From: Gammaproteobacteria bacterium
Lineage (GTDB): Bacteria; Pseudomonadota; Gammaproteobacteria; JAADJB01
Direction of reading: 5' to 3'
Length of the DNA stretch: 64,000 nucleotides
NCBI GenBank assembly: GCA_013151035.1
Contig: JAADJB010000053.1
Span: forward strand, 5,939-69,938
The notes beneath the pieces were generated by a model that searched no databases, was not told where the DNA came from, and saw only the letters and a program-made list of their open reading frames with translations. This document shows, piece after piece, positions 54,249 to 63,572 of this stretch (the stretch's first letter is position 1; every line of letters starts with the position of its first letter). The translations under genes were made by a program, and so were the position numbers.

Positions 54249-54896
54249 ATGAGACTTATTCTGTTAGGTGCACCTGGTGCTGGTAAAGGTACTGTAGCCA
54301 AGTTATTAACTCAGATCGACGGTTCTGTACAAATATCTACCGGTGACATCCTGCGTGGTGCTGTAAAAGATGGCACTGAACTGGGTAAGAAGGCTAAGGA
54401 CTTCATGAATTCCGGCGCACTGGTTCCTGACGAACTGATCCTGGAGATCATGGGCGAACGCCTGCTGGAAGATGATTGCAAGAGTGGATTCCTGCTGGAC
54501 GGTTTTCCTCGCACCATTCCTCAGGCCGATGCACTGGGTGCCATGCTGGAAAAACTAAACATCAAACTGGATGCTGCTGTTAATCTGGATGTTGCGCGTG
54601 ATGTTATTCTGGATCGTTTGACTACACGCCGTACCTGCTCCAATTCAGATTGCCAGGCTATTTATAACATCAAGAGCATGCCATCCAAGGTAGAAGGCAT
54701 CTGTGACAAGTGTGGTAGCCCGACTATCCAACGCGAAGATGAGACTGAAGAGGCCATTAGCAAGCGTCTGGACACCTTCAACGAGATGACCGCTCCATTG
54801 GTGGGTTACTATGAAGGCAAGGGCAACCTGCTCAGCATCAAGGCAACCTCCAGTGATGCAGTAGTGAATACTATCCAGGATCACCTGAAAAAATAA
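54249..54896 (+). CDS. adk: adenylate kinase (long, zinc-lid form)
   Basis: MRLILLGAPGAGKGT P-loop. The lid has CxxC...CxxC (TCSNSDCQ...CDKCG). Confidence 0.95.
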   Translation: MRLILLGAPGAGKGTVAKLLTQIDGSVQISTGDILRGAVKDGTELGKKAKDFMNSGALVPDELILEIMGERLLEDDCKSGFLLDGFPRTIPQADALGAMLEKLNIKLDAAVNLDVARDVILDRLTTRRTCSNSDCQAIYNIKSMPSKVEGICDKCGSPTIQREDETEEAISKRLDTFNEMTAPLVGYYEGKGNLLSIKATSSDAVVNTIQDHLKK

Positions 54897-54917
54897 ATCT
54901 TTCGGCACAATCTTGAA

Positions 54918-54951
54918 AGGGCTGCATTCCACCCGGATGCGGCCTTTTTTT
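54918..54951 (+). terminator. rho-independent terminator of adk
   Basis: gggctgcat-tccacccgg-atgcggcc followed by TTTTTTT. Confidence 0.75.
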
Positions 54952-55004
54952 ATGGGTTATAATTATCATCATTGCTGTCCCATTAACTCAAGAGACAGGA
55001 ATTG

Positions 55005-55090
55005 CGTTTCTCTATCAGAGATCCTTGCCCGCATGGACGCGGGCGTGGAGCCTACATGGATGTATTCACGGCGTGTCTCTGGTAGAGAAA
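55005..55090. repeat. intergenic palindromic element, family B, copy 2
   Basis: cgtttctctatcagagat ... gagcctacatggatgtattcacggcgtgtctctggtagagaaacg. The core is about 90% identical to 20421-20460. 18-bp imperfect inverted-repeat arms, with an inner gcccgcatggacgcgggc hairpin. Confidence 0.75.
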
Positions 55091-55191
55091 CGTGATTCAT
55101 GTCTCGAACTTACCAGGCATTTTTTTCGATGAACATCATGCTATTACAGTAATTACATAAATTCTTAACGGAACAGCAGTGAATTATCATA

Positions 55192-56043
55192 ATGAATTCA
55201 ATAACAGCACCCAGCGAATATCATATCAATGTCGATCATAATGATGAGATAGCCCTTGATCTATTGGCACAACATACCACCTATTCCCGACAGGGTATCA
55301 AACAAGCCATGACCAAAGGTGCCGTCTGGTTAAGCCATGGCACACAAACCACACGCCTGCGTCGCGCAAAAAAAAACCTCAACAAAGGCGATCAATTGCA
55401 CTTGTACTACGATGAAGGGATACTGGCAACAGAACCTCCAAAGCCCACACTCATTGCGGATGAGGAAGGTTATAGTATCTGGTACAAACCCTATGGCCTG
55501 TTATCACAGGGCTCTAAGTGGGGCGATCACTGCACTATTAATCGCTGGATTGAACAACATCAAAAACCTCAACGTCCCGCTATCATCGTGCATCGTCTGG
55601 ATCGTGCGGCTACCGGTCTAATGATTATTGCCCATCAAAAACGAATCGCGGCTGCCTTCTCCAGAATATTTCAGCAACGCGCCATCAGCAAACACTACCA
55701 GGCTATTGTGCAGGGGCATTTCCCTGTTGCAGAGAAAGCCCTGTGCATTGATCAAGCACTGGATGATCGACCGGCAATAAGCCATGTCACAGCGCTGGGT
55801 TATGACCGTGAAAAAAATCAATCACTGGTCAAGGTTGTTATTGAGACCGGACGCAAACATCAGATCCGACAACACCTGGCATCCATCGGCTTTCCTATTG
55901 TTGGTGATCGTCTGTATGGTTCACAACAACAGGAATATGAACAGGATTTACAACTCACAGCCTGTTATCTGGCGTTTGAGTGCCCGGTAGATCATCAGCA
56001 AAAGAAATTCCGATTAGCGGCACATCTTTGTCCTTGTTTTTAA
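55192..56043 (+). CDS. RluA-family pseudouridine synthase
   Basis: HRLDRAATGLMIIAHQ catalytic Asp motif and HQIRQHL...GDRLYG C-terminal motif. Confidence 0.85.
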   Translation: MNSITAPSEYHINVDHNDEIALDLLAQHTTYSRQGIKQAMTKGAVWLSHGTQTTRLRRAKKNLNKGDQLHLYYDEGILATEPPKPTLIADEEGYSIWYKPYGLLSQGSKWGDHCTINRWIEQHQKPQRPAIIVHRLDRAATGLMIIAHQKRIAAAFSRIFQQRAISKHYQAIVQGHFPVAEKALCIDQALDDRPAISHVTALGYDREKNQSLVKVVIETGRKHQIRQHLASIGFPIVGDRLYGSQQQEYEQDLQLTACYLAFECPVDHQQKKFRLAAHLCPCF

Positions 56044-56048
56044 GTGCA

Positions 56049-57818
56049 TCAGGGTTGCAGTGCATCAATAACAGCAACAATACTACTATTGCTAACACCC
56101 ACTGGTAACACCACGCCCGGAGTTACATCGCCCGCTCCGGTCAAACGCCGTTGTATCATCAGCCCATCATCGGCATCAACCTCACCATCACCATCCACAT
56201 CATAGGCCAGACCAGCATTAGTAATGCGTGCAACAATAGACGCATTATCCTCTCCCGCAGGCAAGAGTACACCCGGGGTTACATCACTCGCTCCGGTTAA
56301 ACGTCGTTGTATCATTAGTCCATCATCGGCATCGACATCGCTATCGCCATCCACATCAGTACTGGCAACAGAGGCTACACTGGACACAGTAATGGTCTTG
56401 CTCAACAGGGTACGGAAACCTGAGCCAGACTCTGAACCTGAATTGAGCACCCCATAACGACTTTGACCATCATCCAGTGCCACATAAATAGTATAGGTTC
56501 CATCCTGGGTAAAGGTGACATTGCGTGAGCTTGAACCTGGAAGCACAGTTAAATTATCAGCATCAACGTTAAAAAGCACTCCCTGAGTCGGAATATACCA
56601 ATTCACATCAACCGCATCACCCTCACCATCGGTCACTGCCGTCAGATTCAGCGCAACCGTTAATGGTGCTGCACCACTGCTAACCGACGCACTAAAACTA
56701 GCCGTCGGTGCCTGATTAAAAGATACCGAGGTATTCACCGACAAGGCCTTACTGGCTGCAAGCCGATTATTAATCAACAGATAAACTGTCCAGGCGCCCG
56801 GAATCGTGCCCATCGCTTCCAGCGTGGCAACAGTAACACCATTGGTACAAATACTGTTGGCAGAACAATTAAGGTTCACTGTTGTCCCATCATAGTAATA
56901 ACCCTGTGGATCCACATAGACCAGTTCCACAGCCATGGCAATGCCGGAACTTTGTATCATAGACCAGACATAGGTTCCCGTGGTACTCGAGTCAACCTGG
57001 GTTACCGTTGTATTGTTTGCCAAATTAACGTTTCCTGAGCCATCATCCACACTAAAATACACATCCTGGATACGCGCATCAATCACGACAGAAGGTGGAC
57101 TATATTGCACCGCCGGAACCAGGACAGCCGGAGGACCATACAGAGCCTGCACCGCTGCAATATCATCATCACGCGGGAAGTTCAGGGAATTATAGGGGTT
57201 GGAATACATCACCGATGCCGGGTTGTCTGAGTGACCCAGTCCCAGAAGATGCCCCAACTCATGCACCATCACCCGCACAAAGTTAGCCCGTGCACGCTCA
57301 TCCAGGGTACTTCCCCAGATCTGTTGATTATTATTCATCAACACACTGCCATCACGATAGGCACAATAACCTAGTGCCTGAAATTCTGTTCCGGTACAAC
57401 TCGAAGCCGCTCCCCCTTGTCCAGCGGCACCACTCAAGGAACCTGACCAGGCAATCACCACCTGATCATCATCACTATTTGTGTAATCAGAATTGGAAAT
57501 ACCATTACCAGCAGGCTGGAAGCTGACCCCACTGACATTTTCCCACGCCTGCATTGCCTCCTGAATTAACCCCAGTGTGACCTGTTGGTCAAAAAACAAG
57601 GCAGGGGCATTATTCGGATTATAGCTATAAGGAACCACGGCATCAGGCCAGCGACCAAAATCACTGGCATTACTAATACCCAGATACAGGGGTTGTAAAA
57701 TGATATCTGTATCTGCATACAGCGGTGTCATCAGGACACTACATAGAACAAAAAGGGTAGCAATGCCCCCTTTTATTATTTTTTTAACGGTAGCCGCCAC
57801 CCAATACGTAAATATCAT
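56049..57818 (-). CDS. secreted metzincin-type zinc metalloprotease with PKD-like domain and two C-terminal dockerin-like Ca-binding repeats
   Basis: HELGHLLGLGHSDNPASVMY is HExxHxxGxxH plus a Met-turn. The middle has a PKD-like segment (SFSASVSSGAAPLTVALN...GTYTIYVALDDG). The C-terminus has a tandem DVDGDSDVDADDGLMIQRRLTG / DVDGDGEVDADDGLMIQRRLTG. The ORF's 5-prime end overlaps the next gene, so the true start is probably MIFTYW or later. Confidence 0.7.
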   Translation of the reverse strand: MIFTYWVAATVKKIIKGGIATLFVLCSVLMTPLYADTDIILQPLYLGISNASDFGRWPDAVVPYSYNPNNAPALFFDQQVTLGLIQEAMQAWENVSGVSFQPAGNGISNSDYTNSDDDQVVIAWSGSLSGAAGQGGAASSCTGTEFQALGYCAYRDGSVLMNNNQQIWGSTLDERARANFVRVMVHELGHLLGLGHSDNPASVMYSNPYNSLNFPRDDDIAAVQALYGPPAVLVPAVQYSPPSVVIDARIQDVYFSVDDGSGNVNLANNTTVTQVDSSTTGTYVWSMIQSSGIAMAVELVYVDPQGYYYDGTTVNLNCSANSICTNGVTVATLEAMGTIPGAWTVYLLINNRLAASKALSVNTSVSFNQAPTASFSASVSSGAAPLTVALNLTAVTDGEGDAVDVNWYIPTQGVLFNVDADNLTVLPGSSSRNVTFTQDGTYTIYVALDDGQSRYGVLNSGSESGSGFRTLLSKTITVSSVASVASTDVDGDSDVDADDGLMIQRRLTGASDVTPGVLLPAGEDNASIVARITNAGLAYDVDGDGEVDADDGLMIQRRLTGAGDVTPGVVLPVGVSNSSIVAVIDALQP

Positions 57819-58821
57819 AGCCCGCCTCACTCAATAGATAGGCCGCTGCTGAACTACGTCGGCCCGTGTCACAAAAAACAATATAAGGTTTTTCTTCATC
57901 CAGCTCATGTAGTCGTAACCGCAGGAGATAAAGAGGAATGTTGATACTACCTTCAATCGTTGAATTATTAAATTCACTTTCCAGACGGACATCCAGCCAT
58001 ACTGCACCATCATCCCGCACCAACTCCTGACCATCTTCAAGGTCAACCTCATGCATAACCGGCGCCTTTAACAGATTATCAAAATCCGCCTTTGACATTC
58101 GCATCAAGGTACCATTGGTCAACATGGTAATGGTGGCATTGCGCTCACATTCCGTAATCAAGGCCTCTTCTCCAAAACCATCGCCTTGTTGTAATTCTGC
58201 CAGACGCACATCGGTACCCGTGGGAGACTTACGCGTCACCTCGGCACGACCCTGACTAATAATGTAATAATAATCACCCACATCGCCCTGACAGATGACA
58301 GCCTCACCCGCTTTCATGGGCATCTCTTCCATCCGTTTGAACACTTCCTGAATATTGGCAGGGGGTATCTGGTAGAAGATATTGGACTGCAACATGCGTG
58401 TCATCCAATCGGTGTTAGCATCATCATCCTCATCCAGTTCGGAGACCACATAACCGGCAGACTGATCCCAGGTCAACAGGATATCCAGTAAATCATTATC
58501 AATACGAATAAACTGAATATCAGAACGCGCTGTCGCGGTCATATTACGCGGCTGATGATGAGCAACCGGGTGGCGTGCCTCAGGCGTATCTGCCCTAATG
58601 ACAGTATTATCACCATGCTCACCGTGCAAATCCAGCGTACCTTTAATCAGATAAACAGCCTGATTATCCTGCCCACCTTTTTTAAACAACACAGAACCTG
58701 ATGCGGCTGATTCCAGCGCAGTCTTTTTATAGACTTCTTCAAAATTTTCTGACGATAAACCATCGATTGGAACCAGGCTCGCGAGAACCCGGCGATCCAC
58801 CGTCTCTTTTTCATCTACCAT
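57784..58821 (-). CDS. cyclic-nucleotide-binding domain protein fused to a C-terminal rhodanese-like domain
   Basis: cNMP-binding signature GDGFGEEALITECERNATI, plus a degenerate first CAP-like domain. The C-terminus has a rhodanese-like active-site loop FCDTGRRS. Confidence 0.65.
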   Translation of the reverse strand: MVDEKETVDRRVLASLVPIDGLSSENFEEVYKKTALESAASGSVLFKKGGQDNQAVYLIKGTLDLHGEHGDNTVIRADTPEARHPVAHHQPRNMTATARSDIQFIRIDNDLLDILLTWDQSAGYVVSELDEDDDANTDWMTRMLQSNIFYQIPPANIQEVFKRMEEMPMKAGEAVICQGDVGDYYYIISQGRAEVTRKSPTGTDVRLAELQQGDGFGEEALITECERNATITMLTNGTLMRMSKADFDNLLKAPVMHEVDLEDGQELVRDDGAVWLDVRLESEFNNSTIEGSINIPLYLLRLRLHELDEEKPYIVFCDTGRRSSAAAYLLSEAGYDIYVLGGGYR

Positions 58822-58918
58822 TGTTTACTACCGCTGAATTTACAACATATCCGCCTATTCTACTGCAATCACCGAATAGAAGCACTCTGTATCCTCCTTC
58901 GGGCGGACGACATCAGGC

Positions 58919-60118
58919 TTATTCCATATCAGGTGTTGCGCGAATACGATGAATACTCAGATCGGCCCCTTGATGCTCTTCTTCTTCTGTCAAACGAATA
59001 CCCACCACTGCCTTGATCAGCGCATAAATCAAAAAACCACCGCCAAAGGCAATAACAATGCCCATCAGTGTACCGATTAGCTGTACCGTGAGGCTCACAC
59101 CCCCTAAACCACCCAGGGCAACCGAACCAAAGATACCCGCAGCAATTCCGCCCCAGGCACCACACAGACCATGTAACGGCCAGACTCCGAGTACATCATC
59201 AATCTTCCAGCGGTTCTGGGTCAGGGTAAAGGTCCAGACAAACAACGCACCGGCCACCAGACCGGTTACCAACGCACCCAAAGGATGCATAATATCTGAC
59301 CCCGCACACACCGCCACCAAACCCGCCAACGGGCCATTATGCACAAAACCCGGATCATTTTTACCCATAACCAATGCTGCCAGAATACCACCCACCATCG
59401 CCATCAATGAGTTAACAGCCACCAGACCACTAATACCCTCAATGGTTTGAGCCGACATCACATTAAAACCGAACCAGCCAACGGTTAGTATCCACGCTCC
59501 CAATGCCAGAAAGGGGATACTGGAAGGTGGATGAGCATACAAGGTTCCATCACTACCATAACGACCCTTGCGATGACCGAGCAGGAGTACCGCAGCAAGG
59601 GCAATCCAGCCACCCATGGCATGAACCACGACCGAACCGGCAAAGTCATGGAAAGCAAAACCAAAAGTGCTCTCCAACGCATCTTGTATACCCCAGTTAC
59701 CATTCCATACCACACCCTCAAAAAAAGGATACAACAACGCAACAATGAGGAAGGTAGCGAATAAATGCGGATTAAAACGGGCACGTTCTGCAATCCCGCC
59801 TGAAATAATAGCTGGAATTGCAGCGGCAAAGGTCAGTAAAAAGAAAAACTTGACCAACTCATAGCCATTTTTCCCCGTCATGGTCTGTGCGCCATCAAGA
59901 AAACCAACCCCATAGGCGATACCATAACCAATAAAGAAATAGGCAATCGTTGATACGGCAAAATCAGTAATGATCTTAACCAGGGCATTAACCTGATTCT
60001 TGCTACGCACAGTACCCATCTCAAGAAAGGCAAACCCTGCATGCATGGCAAGCACCATAATAGCGCCCAGCAAGATAAATAAAACATCGGTACTCGTCTG
60101 TAAATTTTCCATCAACAT
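58919..60118 (-). CDS. amt: ammonium transporter (Amt family)
   Basis: 399 aa, 11 TM segments, and the Amt signature around ...DFAGSVVVHAMGGWIALAAVLLLG... Confidence 0.9.
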   Translation of the reverse strand: MLMENLQTSTDVLFILLGAIMVLAMHAGFAFLEMGTVRSKNQVNALVKIITDFAVSTIAYFFIGYGIAYGVGFLDGAQTMTGKNGYELVKFFFLLTFAAAIPAIISGGIAERARFNPHLFATFLIVALLYPFFEGVVWNGNWGIQDALESTFGFAFHDFAGSVVVHAMGGWIALAAVLLLGHRKGRYGSDGTLYAHPPSSIPFLALGAWILTVGWFGFNVMSAQTIEGISGLVAVNSLMAMVGGILAALVMGKNDPGFVHNGPLAGLVAVCAGSDIMHPLGALVTGLVAGALFVWTFTLTQNRWKIDDVLGVWPLHGLCGAWGGIAAGIFGSVALGGLGGVSLTVQLIGTLMGIVIAFGGGFLIYALIKAVVGIRLTEEEEHQGADLSIHRIRATPDME

Positions 60119-60131
60119 AAACCTCTGAATA

Positions 60132-60593
60132 TTAGTGGCGACGTCCCTTCATCAAAGCCTGAATCAATTCATCTTCATACTGAATACGATCTGCCAACAC
60201 TTCACCCAGGCGTGATAAATCATTCGCCAGATCATCCACTCGATCGTCCAGCACCGCCACATCGTAGCGATCATTGAAGGCAAGAATAAAATCAGTTGTT
60301 TTAACGATCTCTGGATAAATCCTGTCGGCTAATGCTGCAACAGTCTGCCGACGCTCCTGATTATTCTCAATAAAACGATATAACTGAAAATGCGCACTGG
60401 CAGTGTAGTCAATCAAGGATTGGCAAAAATCCTGCAAGCTCCCTTCGGTATCTTCATCTGCAACAAACGGACGCTGTTGAGCCAGATCAGCGTACAACGC
60501 CAGGGTCTCAGCACGCGTTGCCACCAAAGTAGAATGCTTTTCTTTTAATCTGGAACGGCGATCACCGTGACCTGTTCTATTATTAACTTCCAT
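60132..60593 (-). CDS. rsd: Rsd/AlgQ-family regulator of sigma-70 (anti-sigma D)
   Basis: LQDFCQSLIDYTASAHFQLYRFI aligns with E. coli Rsd LDDFCQSLVDYLSAGHFSIYERI; length 153 aa. Confidence 0.7.
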   Translation of the reverse strand: MEVNNRTGHGDRRSRLKEKHSTLVATRAETLALYADLAQQRPFVADEDTEGSLQDFCQSLIDYTASAHFQLYRFIENNQERRQTVAALADRIYPEIVKTTDFILAFNDRYDVAVLDDRVDDLANDLSRLGEVLADRIQYEDELIQALMKGRRH

Positions 60594-60663
60594 TACTCCC
60601 CCATACCTTCAATTCAATTATTTTTTTACAGTATAACAAGCCTTGGGAACCTTGCATAAAATA

Positions 60664-60688
60664 ATACTTGACTAAATTGATCAAGTAT
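60664..60688. promoter_or_regulatory. 25-bp palindromic operator resembling the IscR (Rrf2) type-1 site
   Basis: ATACTTGACTAAATTGATCAAGTAT has perfect 8-bp arms (ATACTTGA/TCAAGTAT) and matches 23 of 25 positions of the ATASYYGACTRWWWYAGTCRRSTAT consensus as recalled. It lies in the divergent rsd / Rrf2 intergenic region. Confidence 0.5.
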
Positions 60689-60764
60689 TAAATAATACGA
60701 TCACTATTTGATCATATGCAGTATCTCAGGATACCCGCGAATGAAGAAAACCAAGGAGTATGTT

Positions 60765-61226
60765 ATGAAATTATCCACCAAAAGTCGTCACGCAATTACT
60801 GCCATGATGGAACTGGCTCTGCACAAGAAACAGGGGCCCGTCACACTTGCCGATATTTCTATGGAACAGGCTATTTCTGTCTCCTATCTGGAACAATTAT
60901 TTGCGCATTTGAGAAAAAGCCAACTGGTCACCGGTCTACGCGGCCCTGGCGGCGGTTATCGATTAAGCAAACCTGCCCATGAAATCACCATTGCAGAAAT
61001 TATTGATGCCGTGTCTGGACTGAGCAAACACAGCCCACAATATACCGCCATTGCCGTTGATGGCGACCCTATCAATCGTCTATTGTGGAAACAATTAAGT
61101 GGTCGGATCTATCATTTTCTGGATGGTATTACGCTGGCCGATGCTATTCAGGAAGAGGATGACATCGTCTCTGATGCACATATCGTAACCAATACACCTA
61201 TAAGTCCTTATAGCGCGAGAATGTAA
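60765..61226 (+). CDS. Rrf2-family transcriptional regulator lacking the Fe-S ligand cysteines
   Basis: MKLSTKSRHAITAMMELAL... wHTH and GPGGGYRL motif. No Cys residues in the region where IscR/NsrR coordinate their cluster. The ORF track starts 19 codons earlier, but the conserved start is MKLSTK. Confidence 0.8.
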   Translation: MKLSTKSRHAITAMMELALHKKQGPVTLADISMEQAISVSYLEQLFAHLRKSQLVTGLRGPGGGYRLSKPAHEITIAEIIDAVSGLSKHSPQYTAIAVDGDPINRLLWKQLSGRIYHFLDGITLADAIQEEDDIVSDAHIVTNTPISPYSARM

Positions 61227-61269
61227 TTCAAGACTGAAAAGAGGATACGGGTAAACTGATCTCCAAAAT

Positions 61270-61321
61270 GGGGACAGAGCGAAAAGGGGAGCCTTTGGCT
61301 CCCCTTTTTTGCTCTGTCCCC
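61270..61321. repeat. GGGGACAGAC-family hairpin, copy 4 (variant termini GGGGACAGAGC); terminator-like after the Rrf2 gene
   Basis: ggggacagagc-gaaaa-ggggagcc-tttg-gctcccc-tttttt-gctctgtcccc. Confidence 0.7.
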
Positions 61322-61391
61322 GGGATATACGTACCCACAGACTCTACTAAATAATCTTTACAAGCACGGGGCATTCTCTCCATAATGCTTA

Positions 61392-62222
61392 ATGATCGAT
61401 ACCATTCAACAACTCTATCCACTGGCAGATAACCCGGTTCCCCTACGAGGACTTTACCTGGGGCACGCCCTGCACAAAAAAGCGACGGGGCAACAGCCTT
61501 TTATCTACGCTAACTTTATCAGCAGTCTGGATGGGCGTATCGGTCTGCAAGACCCTGATCAACAAACCCATCGTGTACCCGATGCTATTGCTAATCCGCG
61601 TGACTGGCGTTTATATCAGGAACTGGCGGCACAAGCCGACATCCTACTCACTAGCTCCCGTTATTTTCGTCAGGCCGCAACAAATACTGCTCAAGACCTG
61701 TTACCTATTGGTTCGGAGGCTGATTTTCAGGATTTAAGAGCATGGCGTTTACAACAAGGTCTACAGCCACAACCGGATATTGCTATTCTCAGTAGTCAGC
61801 TGGACATCCCGGAGATAGCACTGGAACCTTATCTTCATCGTCAAATTCATGTCTTTACCGGCAATACAGCCCCAACAGATAAAATCAATGCCCTACAGGC
61901 ATCCGGTATCACAGTACACGTTAATCCAAGCGACTCGATTGTTAACGGTCATTATCTTATTGAGCAACTAAAACAGCATAAATATCGTAGTATCTACGCC
62001 ATTTCCGGACCCCAGGTCTTATATACCCTGATCAAGGATCGGGTACTCAATCGCCTTTATCTCAGTCAGACACATCAGATCCTGGGTGGTCAGATATTTG
62101 ATACCTTTGCCTGGGGCCCCGAACTCAAGCCCCCGGTAGCCCTTACTCTCAATAGTCTCTACTATGATACCAAGGCACCTGCCGGGGCAGCACAGTGGCT
62201 CAGCACCTTTGACATAAAATAA
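61392..62222 (+). CDS. RibD C-terminal-domain / dihydrofolate-reductase-like family protein
   Basis: YANFISSLDGRIG motif typical of RibD-C/DHFR-like reductases; 276 aa. Confidence 0.55.
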   Translation: MIDTIQQLYPLADNPVPLRGLYLGHALHKKATGQQPFIYANFISSLDGRIGLQDPDQQTHRVPDAIANPRDWRLYQELAAQADILLTSSRYFRQAATNTAQDLLPIGSEADFQDLRAWRLQQGLQPQPDIAILSSQLDIPEIALEPYLHRQIHVFTGNTAPTDKINALQASGITVHVNPSDSIVNGHYLIEQLKQHKYRSIYAISGPQVLYTLIKDRVLNRLYLSQTHQILGGQIFDTFAWGPELKPPVALTLNSLYYDTKAPAGAAQWLSTFDIK

Positions 62223-62232
62223 GAGAACACGT

Positions 62233-62928
62233 ATGGATACACACCACAGCCTTGATCAACCACTCAATCACCTGGAACAAGAGGCGATACAATTTTTAAT
62301 GGAATATGGTGAGATCCGCAACTACAAGATCGATGACCTCATCGTACGTGAAGGTGAAGAATCAAATTATGTTTACATCCTGTTGAAAGGCATGGCTCAT
62401 ATCATCAAGGATGATGCCTTTAATAACAGCAATATTATTGCCAAGGCAATGCCGGGTGCCATCATCGGTGAGATGGGTGTTTTTATGGAACTGAAACGCA
62501 CTGCCAGCATTGTCGCAACAACGGAAGTCAATGCGCTGGAACTCAGCAACGAACGTTTTATGGAAGGCTTGGAGAACTACCCGGTATTGATGAATCGTCT
62601 ACTCAAGAATATGTCATCCAAGCTCAATTACATCAATCAGGTGATGGTACGCGAAAAACAATCCCGACAAATGCTTTTTATTGGCATGCTAATAATGAAA
62701 CAATTGGGTGATAATAAACAGGAGAACGCTCTGCTGGAAATGGACTTCGAGGAACCCATCAAGTCCGGCACCTTGTCGCTACTGGATCTTACCAATACCT
62801 TCATCAACTACCAAAAACTCCACATCCTGGATCAGGTACATTTCAAGGATGATAATCATATCTGTCATTTTATGGTTCACCCACTGTCACTGCAACGATT
62901 CATGGATCATGGTGCAACAGCACAATAA
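62233..62928 (+). CDS. cyclic-nucleotide-binding domain protein (CAP-effector domain, no obvious HTH)
   Basis: IIGEMGVFMELKRTASIVATTEVNALELS cNMP-binding signature; the C-terminal half is not a Crp-type HTH. Confidence 0.6.
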   Translation: MDTHHSLDQPLNHLEQEAIQFLMEYGEIRNYKIDDLIVREGEESNYVYILLKGMAHIIKDDAFNNSNIIAKAMPGAIIGEMGVFMELKRTASIVATTEVNALELSNERFMEGLENYPVLMNRLLKNMSSKLNYINQVMVREKQSRQMLFIGMLIMKQLGDNKQENALLEMDFEEPIKSGTLSLLDLTNTFINYQKLHILDQVHFKDDNHICHFMVHPLSLQRFMDHGATAQ

Positions 62929-62931
62929 GCG

Positions 62932-63417
62932 TTATTCAAGTAACACAAGCTCAACATCATCATCGGCATCAACGATATAATTGGGTAAATCATCCGGGTG
63001 TATATATTCTTCAGATATTGCCCGCCCCCTAATTGAGGCTCCCGCATCAAACACACTCTGTACCGACCCGCTCAATAACGGGTGCCACTCAGGCAGATCC
63101 TCTCCCACGGCTAACAGACGGTAAGCACAGGTCGCTGGTAACCAGTTGGCCTCCATCGCCAATTGCGGTGTCACCTGTAGACAATCCGGCACAATAACCG
63201 AGCGATCTTCATAACAGCTACAACGACAGGTCTCATGATCGAGAAAGCGACAGGCAACATTGGTAAAATAAAGATCTCCGCTATCCTCATCCTCCAGTTT
63301 ATGCAGGCAACACTGGGCACAACCATCACACAGGGATTCCCATTCTTCCGGGGTGAATTCCGTTAATTTCTTTTCTTGCCAAAAGGACTTTGTTTTTTGT
63401 TGCCCGACTAGTTTCAT
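62932..63417 (-). CDS. ycgN: YcgN-family protein (UPF0260)
   Basis: EWESLCDGCAQCCLHKLEDEDSGDLYFTNVACRFLD...WLPATCAYRLLAVGEDLPEWHPL is collinear with E. coli YcgN. Start set at MKLVGQ; the ORF track's extra 20 codons overlap the upstream hairpin. Confidence 0.8.
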   Translation of the reverse strand: MKLVGQQKTKSFWQEKKLTEFTPEEWESLCDGCAQCCLHKLEDEDSGDLYFTNVACRFLDHETCRCSCYEDRSVIVPDCLQVTPQLAMEANWLPATCAYRLLAVGEDLPEWHPLLSGSVQSVFDAGASIRGRAISEEYIHPDDLPNYIVDADDDVELVLLE

Positions 63418-63443
63418 AGGGGTATTGTAACATTCGTTTGGCT

Positions 63444-63492
63444 GGGGACAGACCTTTAGCTGGGGACAGCCCCCCAAAACGGGTCTGTCCCC
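63444..63492. repeat. GGGGACAGAC-family hairpin, copy 5
   Basis: ggggacagacc-tttagctggggacagccccccaaaac-gggtctgtcccc, between the divergent ycgN and typA. Confidence 0.65.
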
Positions 63493-63572
63493 GAATTTAT
63501 ATGAATACAGTCTTTATATTTACTGTATAATTAGCCGCCTCTTATATTCAACCTGAATCCAGACCACGCATT

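Noticed and set aside
54913-55095. 60-aa ORF (+) after adk
   Set aside because: It spans the adk terminator and repeat element copy 2, and so is an artefact of the repeat.
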